DNA of 64,000 nt. Source: an uncultured cyanobacterium. GTDB lineage: Bacteria; Cyanobacteriota; Cyanobacteriia; Pseudanabaenales; Pseudanabaenaceae. The position numbers and the translations under genes are program-made. Position 1 is the first letter of the stretch. The number at the start of each line of letters is the position of its first letter. The notes under the pieces are model-generated. The model worked only from the letters and a program-made list of their open reading frames with translations, had not been told where the DNA came from and did no database searches. Where the stretch lies: NCBI GenBank assembly GCA_963703315.1, contig OY969811.1, forward strand, positions 2,848,001 through 2,912,000, in the 5' to 3' direction. Below, piece after piece: positions 31,138 through 41,564 of this stretch.

Positions 31138-32109
31138 TTACTTTGCCCGACTGCGTAAAAAGATAGCGATTAAGTTCATCCCTAAAACCAGCAGCAAAAG
31201 TACAACAATTCCAGCCGAGGCTAATGTTTGAAACTCTAGTTTTGGATCGCCAACCCATTCATATATTTGGTATGGCAAAACTGAGAAGAAATTATCGTTT
31301 GACCATAATGTATCGGTAAATACATCTCCTAGTTTACCACTGAACAAAGCTCCAAAGTTGATAGGAGAAGCTTTTGGGTCAAATAGAACCGTACCAGCAC
31401 CAAGTACGACAATGGGTGCAGTTTCCCCAATCCCTCTGGAAGTGGAGATAATTACCGCAGTCAAAATCCCTGGTAGCGCCGCAGGTAAAACATGATGACG
31501 AATTGTCTGCCATTTGGTTGCTCCAACTCCGTAGGAAGCTTGGCGAATAGATTGAGGAACGGCTCGGATTGCTTCTCTAGAAATCACAATAACTGGCGGT
31601 AAAATCAGTAATGTAATTGTCAAAATCCCTGTAACTAAGACAGCCCTACCGCTATACATACCACGTACAAATAGCCCTAGTCCTAACAAACCATAGATGA
31701 TTGAAGGAATACCAGCCAAGTTATAAATATTTAGCTCAATTAGCTCCGAAAACCAATTTTTCTTAGCATATTCTTCCAAGTAAATGGCTGAGCAAACTCC
31801 CAGTGGAATTACCAAGACTAGTACATAAGCAAGCATCCAAACTGATCCCCAAATTGCCGCTTTGTATCCAGACTCTAGTGGACGGCGAGATGGATATAGT
31901 TGGAATAAATCCCAGTTAAGACGGGGAGCAGCATCGCTTATAACGTCATAAATTAAGAAGGCAAGGATAATTAGTCCAAGGGATGTCGCAAATATGCAGA
32001 AAGCTGCAAATATTTTCCCCCACAGTTGCCTTGACTCAAGCTTTGGCTCAAATTTTGACTCGCTCGGTTGTCCGTCAATATTCTCTAAGATGTCTAACCC
32101 TTTACTCAT
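31138..32109 (-). CDS. pstA: Phosphate ABC transporter permease
   Basis: [34 protein letters not shown]; operon context. Confidence 0.95.
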   Translation of the reverse strand: MSKGLDILENIDGQPSESKFEPKLESRQLWGKIFAAFCIFATSLGLIILAFLIYDVISDAAPRLNWDLFQLYPSRRPLESGYKAAIWGSVWMLAYVLVLVIPLGVCSAIYLEEYAKKNWFSELIELNIYNLAGIPSIIYGLLGLGLFVRGMYSGRAVLVTGILTITLLILPPVIVISREAIRAVPQSIRQASYGVGATKWQTIRHHVLPAALPGILTAVIISTSRGIGETAPIVVLGAGTVLFDPKASPINFGALFSGKLGDVFTDTLWSNDNFFSVLPYQIYEWVGDPKLEFQTLASAGIVVLLLLVLGMNLIAIFLRSRAK

Positions 32110-33064
32110 AGGTTTCTTGGAAACGTTTGCTAATTTGCTTACTGATAATGTTGAGAAGAAGCGTGATCAAAAATAGTGTCATCCCAACGGCAAAGAGGGC
32201 TTGATATTCGACGCTGCCAACTCGCGAATCACCTTTGGCAACCTGTGCGATATAGGCGGTCATTGTGCCAACTGTTTGTCGGGGATCGAGTGTTAGGATT
32301 GGACGCTGACCCGCCGCGATCGCCACAATCATCGTTTCGCCAACTGCCCGCGATATGCCCAAAATAATTGCCGCACAAATGCCAGACAAGGCAGCAGGAA
32401 AGACAATGCTAGTTGCCACTTCTTTTTTGGTGGAACCAAGTCCATAAGCAGCTTCACGTAAGGAACTTGGGACTGCGCGCATGGCATCGGTACTAATTGA
32501 GGCGATCGTGGGGATAATCATCACGCCCATAATCAAACCTGCGCTGAGAGCATTAAACCCATTTAAACCTGGAATGATTTTGGCAAGGATAGGGGTAATA
32601 AAGGTCAGCGCAAAGTATCCATAAACAACGGTAGGTACGCCAGCGAGCAACTCAATTATGGGTCGCAAAAATTTACCTACTCTTGGAGATGCATATTCTG
32701 ACAGATAGACGGCAGTTGCTAAGCCGAGAGGTGTTGCCACTAACATGGCAATTAGCGCTACCATCATTGTGCCGTTCACAGTGGGCCACACACAAAAACC
32801 TTTGTCAGCAAACTGTGGTGTCCAGCTACAGCTATAACTACCATTTTCTAGAGTCTTACCAAATAAAAACTCACCAATACCGACTTTGCCAAAGAAACTA
32901 ATTGTTTCTGATGCGAGTACATAGACGATCGCAATGGTCGTCAGTACAGAAACGAAAGCACAAAAAAGCAACGCATAGCCGATCGCACTTTCACGGATAT
33001 TGCGATCGCGGCGTTGATAAAGATCAAGATCTTCGACTGGAGGGGGAATTACAGGACTTGTCAT
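32102..33064 (-). CDS. pstC: Phosphate ABC transporter permease
   Basis: [30 protein letters not shown]. Confidence 0.95.
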   Translation of the reverse strand: MTSPVIPPPVEDLDLYQRRDRNIRESAIGYALLFCAFVSVLTTIAIVYVLASETISFFGKVGIGEFLFGKTLENGSYSCSWTPQFADKGFCVWPTVNGTMMVALIAMLVATPLGLATAVYLSEYASPRVGKFLRPIIELLAGVPTVVYGYFALTFITPILAKIIPGLNGFNALSAGLIMGVMIIPTIASISTDAMRAVPSSLREAAYGLGSTKKEVATSIVFPAALSGICAAIILGISRAVGETMIVAIAAGQRPILTLDPRQTVGTMTAYIAQVAKGDSRVGSVEYQALFAVGMTLFLITLLLNIISKQISKRFQETYE

Positions 33065-33141
33065 AAAGGTTCCTAATCAAGTACATCAAAAGTCAAAGTC
33101 CCCCATCGAATAGGAGGACTTTGCTCAAAACTAACTCAAAA

Positions 33142-34239
33142 TTACTTCAAGTCCTTTGCCAACAATTCCGCGATCGGTACGCCAGCTTCAGCACCCATAA
33201 AGGTTGTACCTGCCTTAGCCGAAGTCACACGCTCGATGATCTTAGGCAATGCGTCAGTAGGAAGTGGCACGTAACCAACTTCTTTAACAACTTTAATGTC
33301 CTTGAAGTAGTACTCAACAAAAGCCTTTACTTCAGGACGAGCAAGGGACTTCTTGTTAACGTAAATGAATAGAGGACGAGATAATGGTGTGTATTTACCA
33401 CTGTTAATATTCTCAGCAGTTGGAGCAACGCAACCCTTGCCGCCATCGACTTCAACAGCATTTAAAGTTTTGGCATTTTCTTCAAAGTAAGCAACTCCAA
33501 AGAAGCCCATTGTGCCTTTACCACCTTGCACACCCTTGATGGTGATGTTGTCATCTTCGCTAGGTTGGTAATCCTTGCGAATCACTTTTTCCTTTTTATT
33601 GATGGCTTCGGTGAAGTAGTCAAATGTACCAGAGTCAGCACCAGCACCAAACAGAGCTAGAGGCTCACTAGGGAAGTCAGGACGCACTTGATTCCAGTTG
33701 GTGATCTTACCTTCTGACTCAGGACTCCAAATTGTGTTGAGTTCCTTGGTAGTCAAGCACTTTGCCCAAGTGTTTTCTTTGTTAACAACTACAGTCAAAC
33801 CATCAATAGCAACGGGCAACTCGATAAATTCGACCCCTGCTTTCTTACAATCTTCGGCTTCTTTCGACTTGATTGGACGAGATGCATTGGAAATGTCAGT
33901 ATCTCCAGAACAGAATTTCTTAAAGCCGCCGCCAGTACCACTTGTACCGACAGGAACTTTTACGCCAGGGTTAGATTTTGCGAAGTCTTCAGCAACAGCC
34001 TTACTGATTGGGGCAACTGTGCTAGAACCATCAATAGTGATATTTCCTGATAGATTTGATGGAGCCTTAGCTGGTTCCTTAGCAGGATCTTTCATCGCTG
34101 TTGTCGCTGCGGGGCTAGTTGCACCAGTTGTAGTAGGTTTGGTGTCGCTACCGCCGCTACAGGATGCTAGTGTTGCAGCTAGTGTAACACCTGCTACAAA
34201 AGTGACGACACTACGATTGATACTCTTTTTGGACATCAT
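33142..34239 (-). CDS. pstS: Phosphate-binding lipoprotein (PstS/SphX family)
   Basis: Lipobox LASC; IDGSSTV, SGTGGGFKKF, DSGTFDYF, YTPLSRPLF. Confidence 0.93.
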   Translation of the reverse strand: MMSKKSINRSVVTFVAGVTLAATLASCSGGSDTKPTTTGATSPAATTAMKDPAKEPAKAPSNLSGNITIDGSSTVAPISKAVAEDFAKSNPGVKVPVGTSGTGGGFKKFCSGDTDISNASRPIKSKEAEDCKKAGVEFIELPVAIDGLTVVVNKENTWAKCLTTKELNTIWSPESEGKITNWNQVRPDFPSEPLALFGAGADSGTFDYFTEAINKKEKVIRKDYQPSEDDNITIKGVQGGKGTMGFFGVAYFEENAKTLNAVEVDGGKGCVAPTAENINSGKYTPLSRPLFIYVNKKSLARPEVKAFVEYYFKDIKVVKEVGYVPLPTDALPKIIERVTSAKAGTTFMGAEAGVPIAELLAKDLK

Positions 34240-34326
34240 AGGAAATCTGGTTGGGACTAAATCTGTTACGGTTGACTAGGCATTTAAACTAGATAAGATT
34301 GATACTAAACTGCATCCGTCAACACA

Positions 34327-34356
34327 AGGTTAAGAACTGTTAAAGATGCAGTTAAG
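34327..34356 (-). promoter_or_regulatory. Cyanobacterial Pho box (SphR/PhoB site)
   Basis: Minus strand CTTAACTG-n3-CTTTAACA-n3-CTTAACCT, three units at 11-bp period upstream of pstS. Confidence 0.78.
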
Positions 34357-34399
34357 TTTGAGTTGACTATGGAACTTTTTGTTAGGTATTAGTGACAAG

Positions 34400-35302
34400 C
34401 TAGCCCGAAAAAATTCTTAACAGAATAGAGTTGACCAATTCAGGAGCTTCATCTTGTGGACAATGCCCAGCATTCGGTAAGTCAATAAATTCCTTAACGC
34501 AAGCAAAATCAGTAAAAGACTTACGACCTAATTCTATTGGTTCCCAAGGATCACGATCGCCCCACAACACGATCGCCTCACAGGGTAAAATCGCTAACAA
34601 ATCTTCAGGTCTTGGTCCTTGTGAGTAACGCACAAAAGCCATAAATACATCAACAGCATTAGGGTTTTGAGCAGGCTTAATTAATATTTCAATTAACTCA
34701 TCGGTGATTGCGTCTTTGTTCACATAAGCCTGCGAAAGAATCTGTTTTACTGATTGCGGTTGCCGCACTTGATCAAAAAACAATTTAGCGATCGCCCGAT
34801 TGCCCAAAATACTTTGCACAAATCCTACGCCTACACGCTTAAACCAAGGCATAGCCAACTGGTTTTGTTCTTGTAATAAACGTAACGAGCAGTTAATTAA
34901 TACTGTTTTAATAACTAGATCAGGTGCATAAATCGCCGCTTGCATGGCTACCACTGCACCGATGGAATTGCCAACGAGCATAGCGCGATCGCCCACCACC
35001 TCGCGTACAAAGTCCGCCACCTGTTGCCCCCAAGTCTCGAAAGTGTAGGCTAGCTCGCTAGGCTTTGGCTGAGCCGAAGAACCAAAACCAATCAGATCGA
35101 TCGCATAAACCCTAGTAGTCTCAGCTAAAACTGGCAGATTCTTCCGCCAATGCCCTACTGAAGCACCGAAACCGTGAATTAAGACAATCGCAGGTTTACC
35201 TTTTGTTAAGCTTTCAGACTCTAACCCATCGGCACAATAACCAATGTCATAGCCACGCCATTTCCAGACGCGATCGGCAAATTTACGATATGCAAGAACC
35301 AT
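34400..35302 (-). CDS. Alpha/beta fold hydrolase
   Basis: IHGFGAS, DLIGFG, GNSIG nucleophile elbow, GHCPQDE. Confidence 0.92.
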   Translation of the reverse strand: MVLAYRKFADRVWKWRGYDIGYCADGLESESLTKGKPAIVLIHGFGASVGHWRKNLPVLAETTRVYAIDLIGFGSSAQPKPSELAYTFETWGQQVADFVREVVGDRAMLVGNSIGAVVAMQAAIYAPDLVIKTVLINCSLRLLQEQNQLAMPWFKRVGVGFVQSILGNRAIAKLFFDQVRQPQSVKQILSQAYVNKDAITDELIEILIKPAQNPNAVDVFMAFVRYSQGPRPEDLLAILPCEAIVLWGDRDPWEPIELGRKSFTDFACVKEFIDLPNAGHCPQDEAPELVNSILLRIFSG

Positions 35303-35696
35303 GAAAATAACTTAAATTATAAATTTAGATATAAGAAGCTGTGAAGCACGCGCAGCCTACTTCACAGCTTCTTATCTACTCGGATACTGCGAAGTGTCAT
35401 GATCCGCCGCAAAGGTAAACTTATATGAAGCAAGTAGAACTAGCTAATTTCGCCTATCCTATCATTGACTAGAGGTTAGACTCTCGTAATTATATTTAGC
35501 TTATTTAGCCCCGAACTCATTGTATTGTGGTGTTTATATTGACATAGACAATTTAAAAACTACAAAGCAAATACAAATACGAGTTCTACGGTTTTCAGGT
35601 TATGACTAATAGCTTGGAAATTTTCGTAAATTTGGAAATAAGTATTTTTAGAACTTTTCGATAGTACTTTTCAATAATTTAATTGGAGATTTAAAC

Positions 35697-36452
35697 GTGG
35701 CTCTTCCCTTATTAGAATACGCCCCAACATCGCGAAACACTCGCGTCACTGGTTTTACAGTCGGTGGTAATAACACCCCTCATATTTACACTACCAACAA
35801 TGGTCTGTCGAAAACAGAACTAGACGATTTAATTGAAGCTGCCTATCGTCAGCTTTTCTTCCATGCTTTTGCAGTAGATCGCGAAGTCACATTGGAATCC
35901 CAACTTCGTTCTGGCAACCTCACTGTCAGACAGTTTGTGCGGGGTCTCGTGCTTTCCAACACCTATAGAAGAAGTTTTTACGAAAAGAACAGCAACTATC
36001 GTTTTGTAGAGCAAACTGTACAGCGTGTTCTCGGTCGTGATGTTTATAGCGAACGCGAAAAAATTGCTTGGTCAGCCGTAGTTATGACTAGGGGCATTGA
36101 AGGCTTCATTGATGATCTAATCAATAGTGATGAGTACCTTGATGCATTTGGTGATGACACCTTACCTTACCAACGTCGTCGTGTGCTACCTAGCCAAGCT
36201 ATTGGTGAAGTGCCTTTCAACATCAAGTCTCCTCGCTATGATGCTTACCACCGCGCACAATTGGGCTTCCCACAACTCATTTGGCAAAACAATGTTCGTG
36301 GCTATACTCCAGCCGACAGACAACCAAGAGCAGGCGATCCAGCTTTGTTCTTGAACTTGGCTCGTAGCCTCAATGCACCGCCTGCTGCACCAAGAATCAT
36401 CTCCGCGCAGAATCTTGATTACAACAACTTGGTTCCTTACCGTAAGCGCTAA
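35697..36452 (+). CDS. cpcG: Phycobilisome rod-core linker
   Basis: [35 protein letters not shown]; no hydrophobic CpcL-type tail. Confidence 0.93.
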   Translation: MALPLLEYAPTSRNTRVTGFTVGGNNTPHIYTTNNGLSKTELDDLIEAAYRQLFFHAFAVDREVTLESQLRSGNLTVRQFVRGLVLSNTYRRSFYEKNSNYRFVEQTVQRVLGRDVYSEREKIAWSAVVMTRGIEGFIDDLINSDEYLDAFGDDTLPYQRRRVLPSQAIGEVPFNIKSPRYDAYHRAQLGFPQLIWQNNVRGYTPADRQPRAGDPALFLNLARSLNAPPAAPRIISAQNLDYNNLVPYRKR

Positions 36453-36613
36453 ATATAGCTAAATATAACTGTCCTTAGTGACGTTAATAACAAAAAGGCG
36501 GCGCAATGCGCTGCCTTTTTGTTGTGAGATATTTCCATAAACATCAAGATTTGTGTCAATATTAGTTAGGTTTTAAATTTTCTTATTTTTATCTTTTTAT
36601 TAGCTTTTGATTC

Positions 36614-37135
36614 ATGGATATTCATCAATTTCTCGAACTATTTGTCGGTCGTTGGCGATCGCAACGCAGCGATCATCAATTTAGCAAGGGAAATGGTAGT
36701 GACAGTCGCTCTGTGCTTGAGATTACTAGACTAGGTTTTGATGATCCAGACCTAATTTCTATTTGCCAAAAACATAATATTGCGCCCGACCAAACGATCA
36801 ACCCAATGCGGATATCTTGGGAAGAGGAATCCTTAAGCAGTAAAAAACCTAATGGCAGTAACTTGTTTGTACCCGTGCCTAATGATAATAATGCACTACA
36901 CAAGGGATTAATTTTAGGGAATCAAAGTAAAGGGATTTACGAGCTTGGTTTAGATGAGGCAATGACGATTCAGACCAGAACTGCACAGGGTGAGATCGTA
37001 GAACGCATTTGGTACGGCAATCCTAACTTAAGATTTCGCGTAGCAACTTTGATCACAGGGGCGCATGATGGTGACAAGCTGGTGCAATCCTCCAAGTTTT
37101 ATTCTGAAATTCGTATGGCTCCCCCAAAGGCATAA
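36614..37135 (+). CDS. Phycobiliprotein lyase, CpcS/CpeS/CpcU family
   Basis: F...GRWRSQRSDH, ERIWYGNPNLRFR, SEIR; adjacent to cpcG. Confidence 0.85.
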   Translation: MDIHQFLELFVGRWRSQRSDHQFSKGNGSDSRSVLEITRLGFDDPDLISICQKHNIAPDQTINPMRISWEEESLSSKKPNGSNLFVPVPNDNNALHKGLILGNQSKGIYELGLDEAMTIQTRTAQGEIVERIWYGNPNLRFRVATLITGAHDGDKLVQSSKFYSEIRMAPPKA

Positions 37136-37182
37136 AAAAGCAGAGTCAGCGCTAGGCGCTGACTCTGCTTTTTTATGCCTTT
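37126..37182. repeat. Perfect 27-bp-stem palindrome including the lyase stop codon
   Basis: AAAGGCATAAAAAAGCAGAGTCAGCGC-TAG-GCGCTGACTCTGCTTTTTTATGCCTTT. Confidence 0.9.
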
Positions 37183-37452
37183 AAGAAATGTGATACCAGT
37201 GTCCAAACCTCCAAGCCGATAAAACCTGCTAAAAAGATAAAAATTGCAATATTTAAGCCAGTCTTAATTTTTTCCATATAGTTATCGATAGGTTCTGTAG
37301 ATCGATTAGGGTGATTAATCTATTTAAGATTGTCATATTTTGATGAATTAGGTGCTTAAATAAACCAAATAATTTTGACTAGAAAAAACATCACTTGATC
37401 TAGTTGAGTTAAACTTAACCGTTATTACATTCAAGTGTGGGGATGTACTGTT

Positions 37453-38622
37453 GTGAATTGGTTCAAAAGGTTTAGTATTCTTGGCACTGTGGCGATCGCA
37501 TCGTTGGCGATCGCGCAATCGGCTTCGGCACGTTTTGTAATTTTTGTATCAGGTAATGATGCAGCAACATTACAGCGAGTTCGTACTGTCTCACCCTCTG
37601 CTTTTGCAACCCAAATAAATGGTCAACCTGTAGTTCAAGCAGGCATCTTTAACTCAGAGACTAGTGCTGATAGCCTTGCAATCACTCTGCAACAATCAGG
37701 GCTATCAGCACAAAAGTATTTTCAAGCATCAGGCGGCAAGGAAACTAATGTCCAAGTACCTTTTGTGGACACGACCAGTTCTCCTGTGGTCAATACTTCT
37801 GTTGCCAGTTCTCCTGTGGTAAGTGTGGCTAATCCGCAACAGGTTGTCATCCAACAAAATCCCATCGCCCAATCTCAACCCGTCAGTTTTCAAACAGAAC
37901 CGCAAACACAGTTTATTAGCTCTGTACCTCAACAGGCGATCGCCTATGACAATAACCAATATCAACAGATCACAACTAGTGCTGTTGTCCCTCAGGTACA
38001 AACTCAGCAAGTACTAGTACCACGCTGGCAACAGGTCTTAGTTCCAGAGACTCGGCAAGTTGTGACGCAGACTGTTGTACCACAGACGCAAATTGTCCAA
38101 ACTGGCAGCTATACACAGGGTTATGTGCAGCAACCAATCGCCTATAACCAAGCAGCCTCTACTTCTGCATATATACAACCGTCAGTACAGACGACAACAG
38201 GCTATACCCAAGCAACGGGTTCGCAAGTAACAAATTATGTACAGCCCCAGACAGGTTTTATCCCTGCGACTTCGGTAGTAACCACCCCAAGCACCTACAA
38301 TAGTTCGCTGGCAGCAACTAATAGTGTTGTCATCCAGCCCCAGCCAACTTCTACAGCATATAGTAGTGCTAGCAGCAGCGAACCACAGCTACCTCAAGCT
38401 GCTCAGAATTCTAACTTCCGTTATGTAGCAGCCGTACCTTCGGCTGCCAACAATCCCTTCTTGCTATCACGAGTGCGTCAATACGTTCCTAGAGCCTTTC
38501 TATCAAGTTCGGGGCGTGGTACTTACATTCATGCAGGTGCTTACCAAAATCGTGATTCCGCAGAAGCTGTATCTCGGTATCTGCGATCGCAAGGTGTTGA
38601 CTCACGAGTTCTGTATTTTTAG
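37453..38622 (+). CDS. Secreted protein with two SPOR-like domains separated by a Q/V/T-rich linker
   Basis: Signal peptide ending ASA; VQAGIFNS...A..L...LQQSG and IHAGAYQNRDSAE..SRYLRSQG. Confidence 0.65.
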   Translation: MNWFKRFSILGTVAIASLAIAQSASARFVIFVSGNDAATLQRVRTVSPSAFATQINGQPVVQAGIFNSETSADSLAITLQQSGLSAQKYFQASGGKETNVQVPFVDTTSSPVVNTSVASSPVVSVANPQQVVIQQNPIAQSQPVSFQTEPQTQFISSVPQQAIAYDNNQYQQITTSAVVPQVQTQQVLVPRWQQVLVPETRQVVTQTVVPQTQIVQTGSYTQGYVQQPIAYNQAASTSAYIQPSVQTTTGYTQATGSQVTNYVQPQTGFIPATSVVTTPSTYNSSLAATNSVVIQPQPTSTAYSSASSSEPQLPQAAQNSNFRYVAAVPSAANNPFLLSRVRQYVPRAFLSSSGRGTYIHAGAYQNRDSAEAVSRYLRSQGVDSRVLYF

Positions 38623-38624
38623 AT

Positions 38625-39527
38625 ATGACTGAAAATAGCACTGCAAATAATCCCGATCCCAAACCACGCCCAATTCGTCACTTTAAGTGGCTGGAACCGC
38701 TTACTTTACTTTTACCAAGTGGTTTCTGGTTAACGACATTTCTGATTGTTCCGACAGTCTTGATTTTAATTCAGAGCCTCGTACCCCTTGGCAAAACTGA
38801 GTTTGGTCTAGCCAACTACCAAAGAGTATTTGAATACGTTGGTGGCAACTTTATTTATTTAGTCGTTGTATGGCGATCGCTGCTTTACGCCATGATCACA
38901 ACGGGATGTTGTCTATTGTTAGGATTTCCCGTTGCTTATTGGTTAGCAGTGATCGCCCCTAAACGGTGGAACAATATTTTATTGCTGCTATTTGTCTTAC
39001 CTCTATGGACTTCATCTCTGTTGAGATCCTATGCATGGATTACCATTTTGCGCCCCACAGGGGTTTTAAATAGTTTTCTAAATTTCATTGGTCTGTCGGG
39101 GATCAATGTCTTGAACAAAGCCGAGGGTGTGATTATTGGCATGGTTTATACCTATCTGCCCTATATGGTGTTAGTCCTCTATACGTCGCTCGAACGTCTG
39201 GATTTACGTTTGCTAGAGGCGGCGGCGGATCTCGGCGCAAATGCTAGACAAACCTTTTGGCAAATTACAGTACCGCAGGTGTCGTCAGGAATTATTGCAG
39301 GATCGGCATTGGTATCAATTACTAGTTTTAGCGATTATATTAATCCCCAATTACTCGGTGGACCTGGTAGCCGCACGATCGCTTCAATTATTGAGTTACA
39401 GTTTTTGGGCGCAAGCAGTAATCGCGGCTTTGGTTCGGCTCTCAGCATGGTGCTAATTCTTGCCGTGACGATCGTGATTGCTTTGCTGCTGAAATATGGC
39501 GATCGCAGGGTGGTAAGTGATGGCTAA
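38625..39527 (+). CDS. potB: Spermidine/putrescine ABC permease (PotB-like)
   Basis: LPLWTSSLLRSYAW, YLPYMVL, LLEAAADLGA. Confidence 0.85.
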   Translation: MTENSTANNPDPKPRPIRHFKWLEPLTLLLPSGFWLTTFLIVPTVLILIQSLVPLGKTEFGLANYQRVFEYVGGNFIYLVVVWRSLLYAMITTGCCLLLGFPVAYWLAVIAPKRWNNILLLLFVLPLWTSSLLRSYAWITILRPTGVLNSFLNFIGLSGINVLNKAEGVIIGMVYTYLPYMVLVLYTSLERLDLRLLEAAADLGANARQTFWQITVPQVSSGIIAGSALVSITSFSDYINPQLLGGPGSRTIASIIELQFLGASSNRGFGSALSMVLILAVTIVIALLLKYGDRRVVSDG

Positions 39528-40323
39528 TGAAATCAATGTTCCGCCCATCAAGCGTTGGCAAACTTGGTATACGGTGCTTGCATTTTTCTATATGTACTTG
39601 CCGATCGCCGTTCTCACGATTTTTAGCTTTAATCAATCGCCATCGCCATCACGCTGGACTGGTTTCACTTGGCAATGGTATGCCAAGTTTTTGCAAAATC
39701 CTACGTTACTAACAGCATTACAACATAGCCTTAGCGTGGCATTCGCTGCCGTCTCAGTTTCAGCAGTACTAGGGACACTTACAGCAGTCGGTTTAGCTCG
39801 ATATTATTTCCCCGGCAAAAGTTTATATCGTGGCGTTACCTATTTACCTTTGATCATTCCTGATATTGCGATCGCGGTGGCAACCCTCGTATTTTTTGCA
39901 GCGATTAATCTTCCACTTAGTCTTGGCACAATCGTCATTGCCCATATAGTTTTTTGCCTAGCCTATGTTGCCGTAATTGTTTCTAGTCGCCTTGCTAATA
40001 TTGATCCCAAGCTCGAAGAAGCAGCCCTTGATCTAGGTGCTACACCTGTACAGGCTTTTTTACGAGTATTACTGCCCCAGCTTTTACCAGGGATTGTGTC
40101 AGGTTGTCTCTTAGCCTTCATTCTCAGCATGGATGATTTCGTAATTGCTTATTTCACCGCAGGCGTTGGCTCCACCACATTACCGATCGCGATTTTCTCG
40201 TCATTACGCAGTGGTGGTGTCACCCCTGAATTAAATGCCCTCAGCGTTTTACTGATTTTGGCATCGGCATCAATGGCAGCGATCGCGGAAGCGGTGAGAA
40301 GTTGGGGCAATCATGATTCATGA
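39517..40323 (+). CDS. potC: Spermidine/putrescine ABC permease (PotC-like)
   Basis: IFSFN...GFTWQWY, LEEAALDLGA, SMDDFV, TPELNA. Confidence 0.85.
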   Translation: MMANEINVPPIKRWQTWYTVLAFFYMYLPIAVLTIFSFNQSPSPSRWTGFTWQWYAKFLQNPTLLTALQHSLSVAFAAVSVSAVLGTLTAVGLARYYFPGKSLYRGVTYLPLIIPDIAIAVATLVFFAAINLPLSLGTIVIAHIVFCLAYVAVIVSSRLANIDPKLEEAALDLGATPVQAFLRVLLPQLLPGIVSGCLLAFILSMDDFVIAYFTAGVGSTTLPIAIFSSLRSGGVTPELNALSVLLILASASMAAIAEAVRSWGNHDS

Positions 40324-40376
40324 AACCAAAAAGAGAGTAGCGGCGCTTCGCGCCGCTACTCTCTTTTTGGTTTCAT
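40320..40376. repeat. Perfect 27-bp-stem palindrome including the potC stop
   Basis: ATGAAACCAAAAAGAGAGTAGCGGCGC-TTC-GCGCCGCTACTCTCTTTTTGGTTTCAT. Confidence 0.9.
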
Positions 40377-40702
40377 TTGGCTATACATCATATTTTCTCT
40401 ATCATGATTTCCTATATTTAGGATGATCATTATTAATTAAGTGATATAAAAATAAGAGATAAAACAACTTTAAAAAAAGCTTAAAACAAATGCTAGTTTC
40501 GACTAGTTAAAGCATATCAAAATCAAATAAATTTAGGCTTATAATTAAGCAATTTATTGTATATACGATGCCTACAAGACATGGTTATACAAGGTTTTTT
40601 GACAAATTAATAGCAAAAAATTGTTGGTTTTCCTAACATCGGTTAAAAACCTGTGGTATATTACATCTGGCAAAGCTAATCAAAGCTAAAGAATGACTCC
40701 CC

Positions 40703-41146
40703 ATGAGTGAGAAGCCTTTAAAGCTGCGAATCTCTATTCCACCCGTTGAGGGAATCGAGGACATTCCCATCGCAGCAGTCGAAGTACTCGCTACAAAAAT
40801 GGGGTTTAGTCCTGATGCTGTGCAAGATATCGTACAAGCTCTTACGGAAGCTTTAGTTAATGCGGTTCTTTACACTACATCTGATCTTGACGTGGAAGTT
40901 GTAGTTTTCGCGGCACATAACAGCCTAATTGTAGAAGTCCACGATCGTGGATCAGGTTTTGATGTTGATAGTGTCCCACCGCCCGATTTTGATTTGATAT
41001 CCGAGGTTGGTGTCAAAAATGGCGGTTTTGGTATACACATGATCAAATCTCTGGTTGATAAGGTCGAACTCGAATCTACCAATCAAGGCACAACTGTCCG
41101 TATGAGTAAGTTTCTGTCTATCCCCAAACCCATTCTCCAATCATGA
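40703..41146 (+). CDS. RsbW-like anti-sigma factor / Ser kinase
   Basis: EALVNA, DRGSGF and GGFGIHMI HATPase_c boxes. Confidence 0.88.
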   Translation: MSEKPLKLRISIPPVEGIEDIPIAAVEVLATKMGFSPDAVQDIVQALTEALVNAVLYTTSDLDVEVVVFAAHNSLIVEVHDRGSGFDVDSVPPPDFDLISEVGVKNGGFGIHMIKSLVDKVELESTNQGTTVRMSKFLSIPKPILQS

Positions 41147-41493
41147 CTCATTCCTCATTTTTACAAGATGAACTCAAGATCGTCGAACAAATTGATGGCG
41201 ATCAGGTTATTCTCAAGCTGAATGGTGCTTTGAGTGTAACTACAGTTCCATACTTTAGACAAGCCGTACAACCATTTATTGATCAGAAATTAACGGCGAT
41301 TGTACTAGATTTTGAGGGAGTGACCAAAATCGTCAGTAGAGGTGTAGGTGCAGCAATCGATATGGCAGTGCAAGCCAAAAAGCAAGGTGGCAAGCTACGC
41401 TTAGAGAATGTTGGTAAATACGGTCGCTCTCTATATATTCAAGGTGTACATTTAGTCGCTGAAGTACCTGAGTTAGAAGGCTTTGAGCCATAA
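41143..41493 (+). CDS. STAS-domain anti-sigma antagonist (RsbV-like)
   Basis: LKLNGAL...IVLDFEGV..IVSRGVGA; ATGA overlap with the RsbW-like gene. Confidence 0.82.
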   Translation: MTHSSFLQDELKIVEQIDGDQVILKLNGALSVTTVPYFRQAVQPFIDQKLTAIVLDFEGVTKIVSRGVGAAIDMAVQAKKQGGKLRLENVGKYGRSLYIQGVHLVAEVPELEGFEP

Positions 41494-41550
41494 AAGCCAA
41501 TAAATTTATAAGCAGTGCAAAGCACTGCTTATAAATTTATTGGCTTTTAT
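41490..41550. repeat. Perfect 29-bp-stem palindrome
   Basis: ATAAAAGCCAATAAATTTATAAGCAGTGC-AAA-GCACTGCTTATAAATTTATTGGCTTTTAT. Confidence 0.9.
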
Positions 41551-41564
41551 TTTAGGAAATAAAT

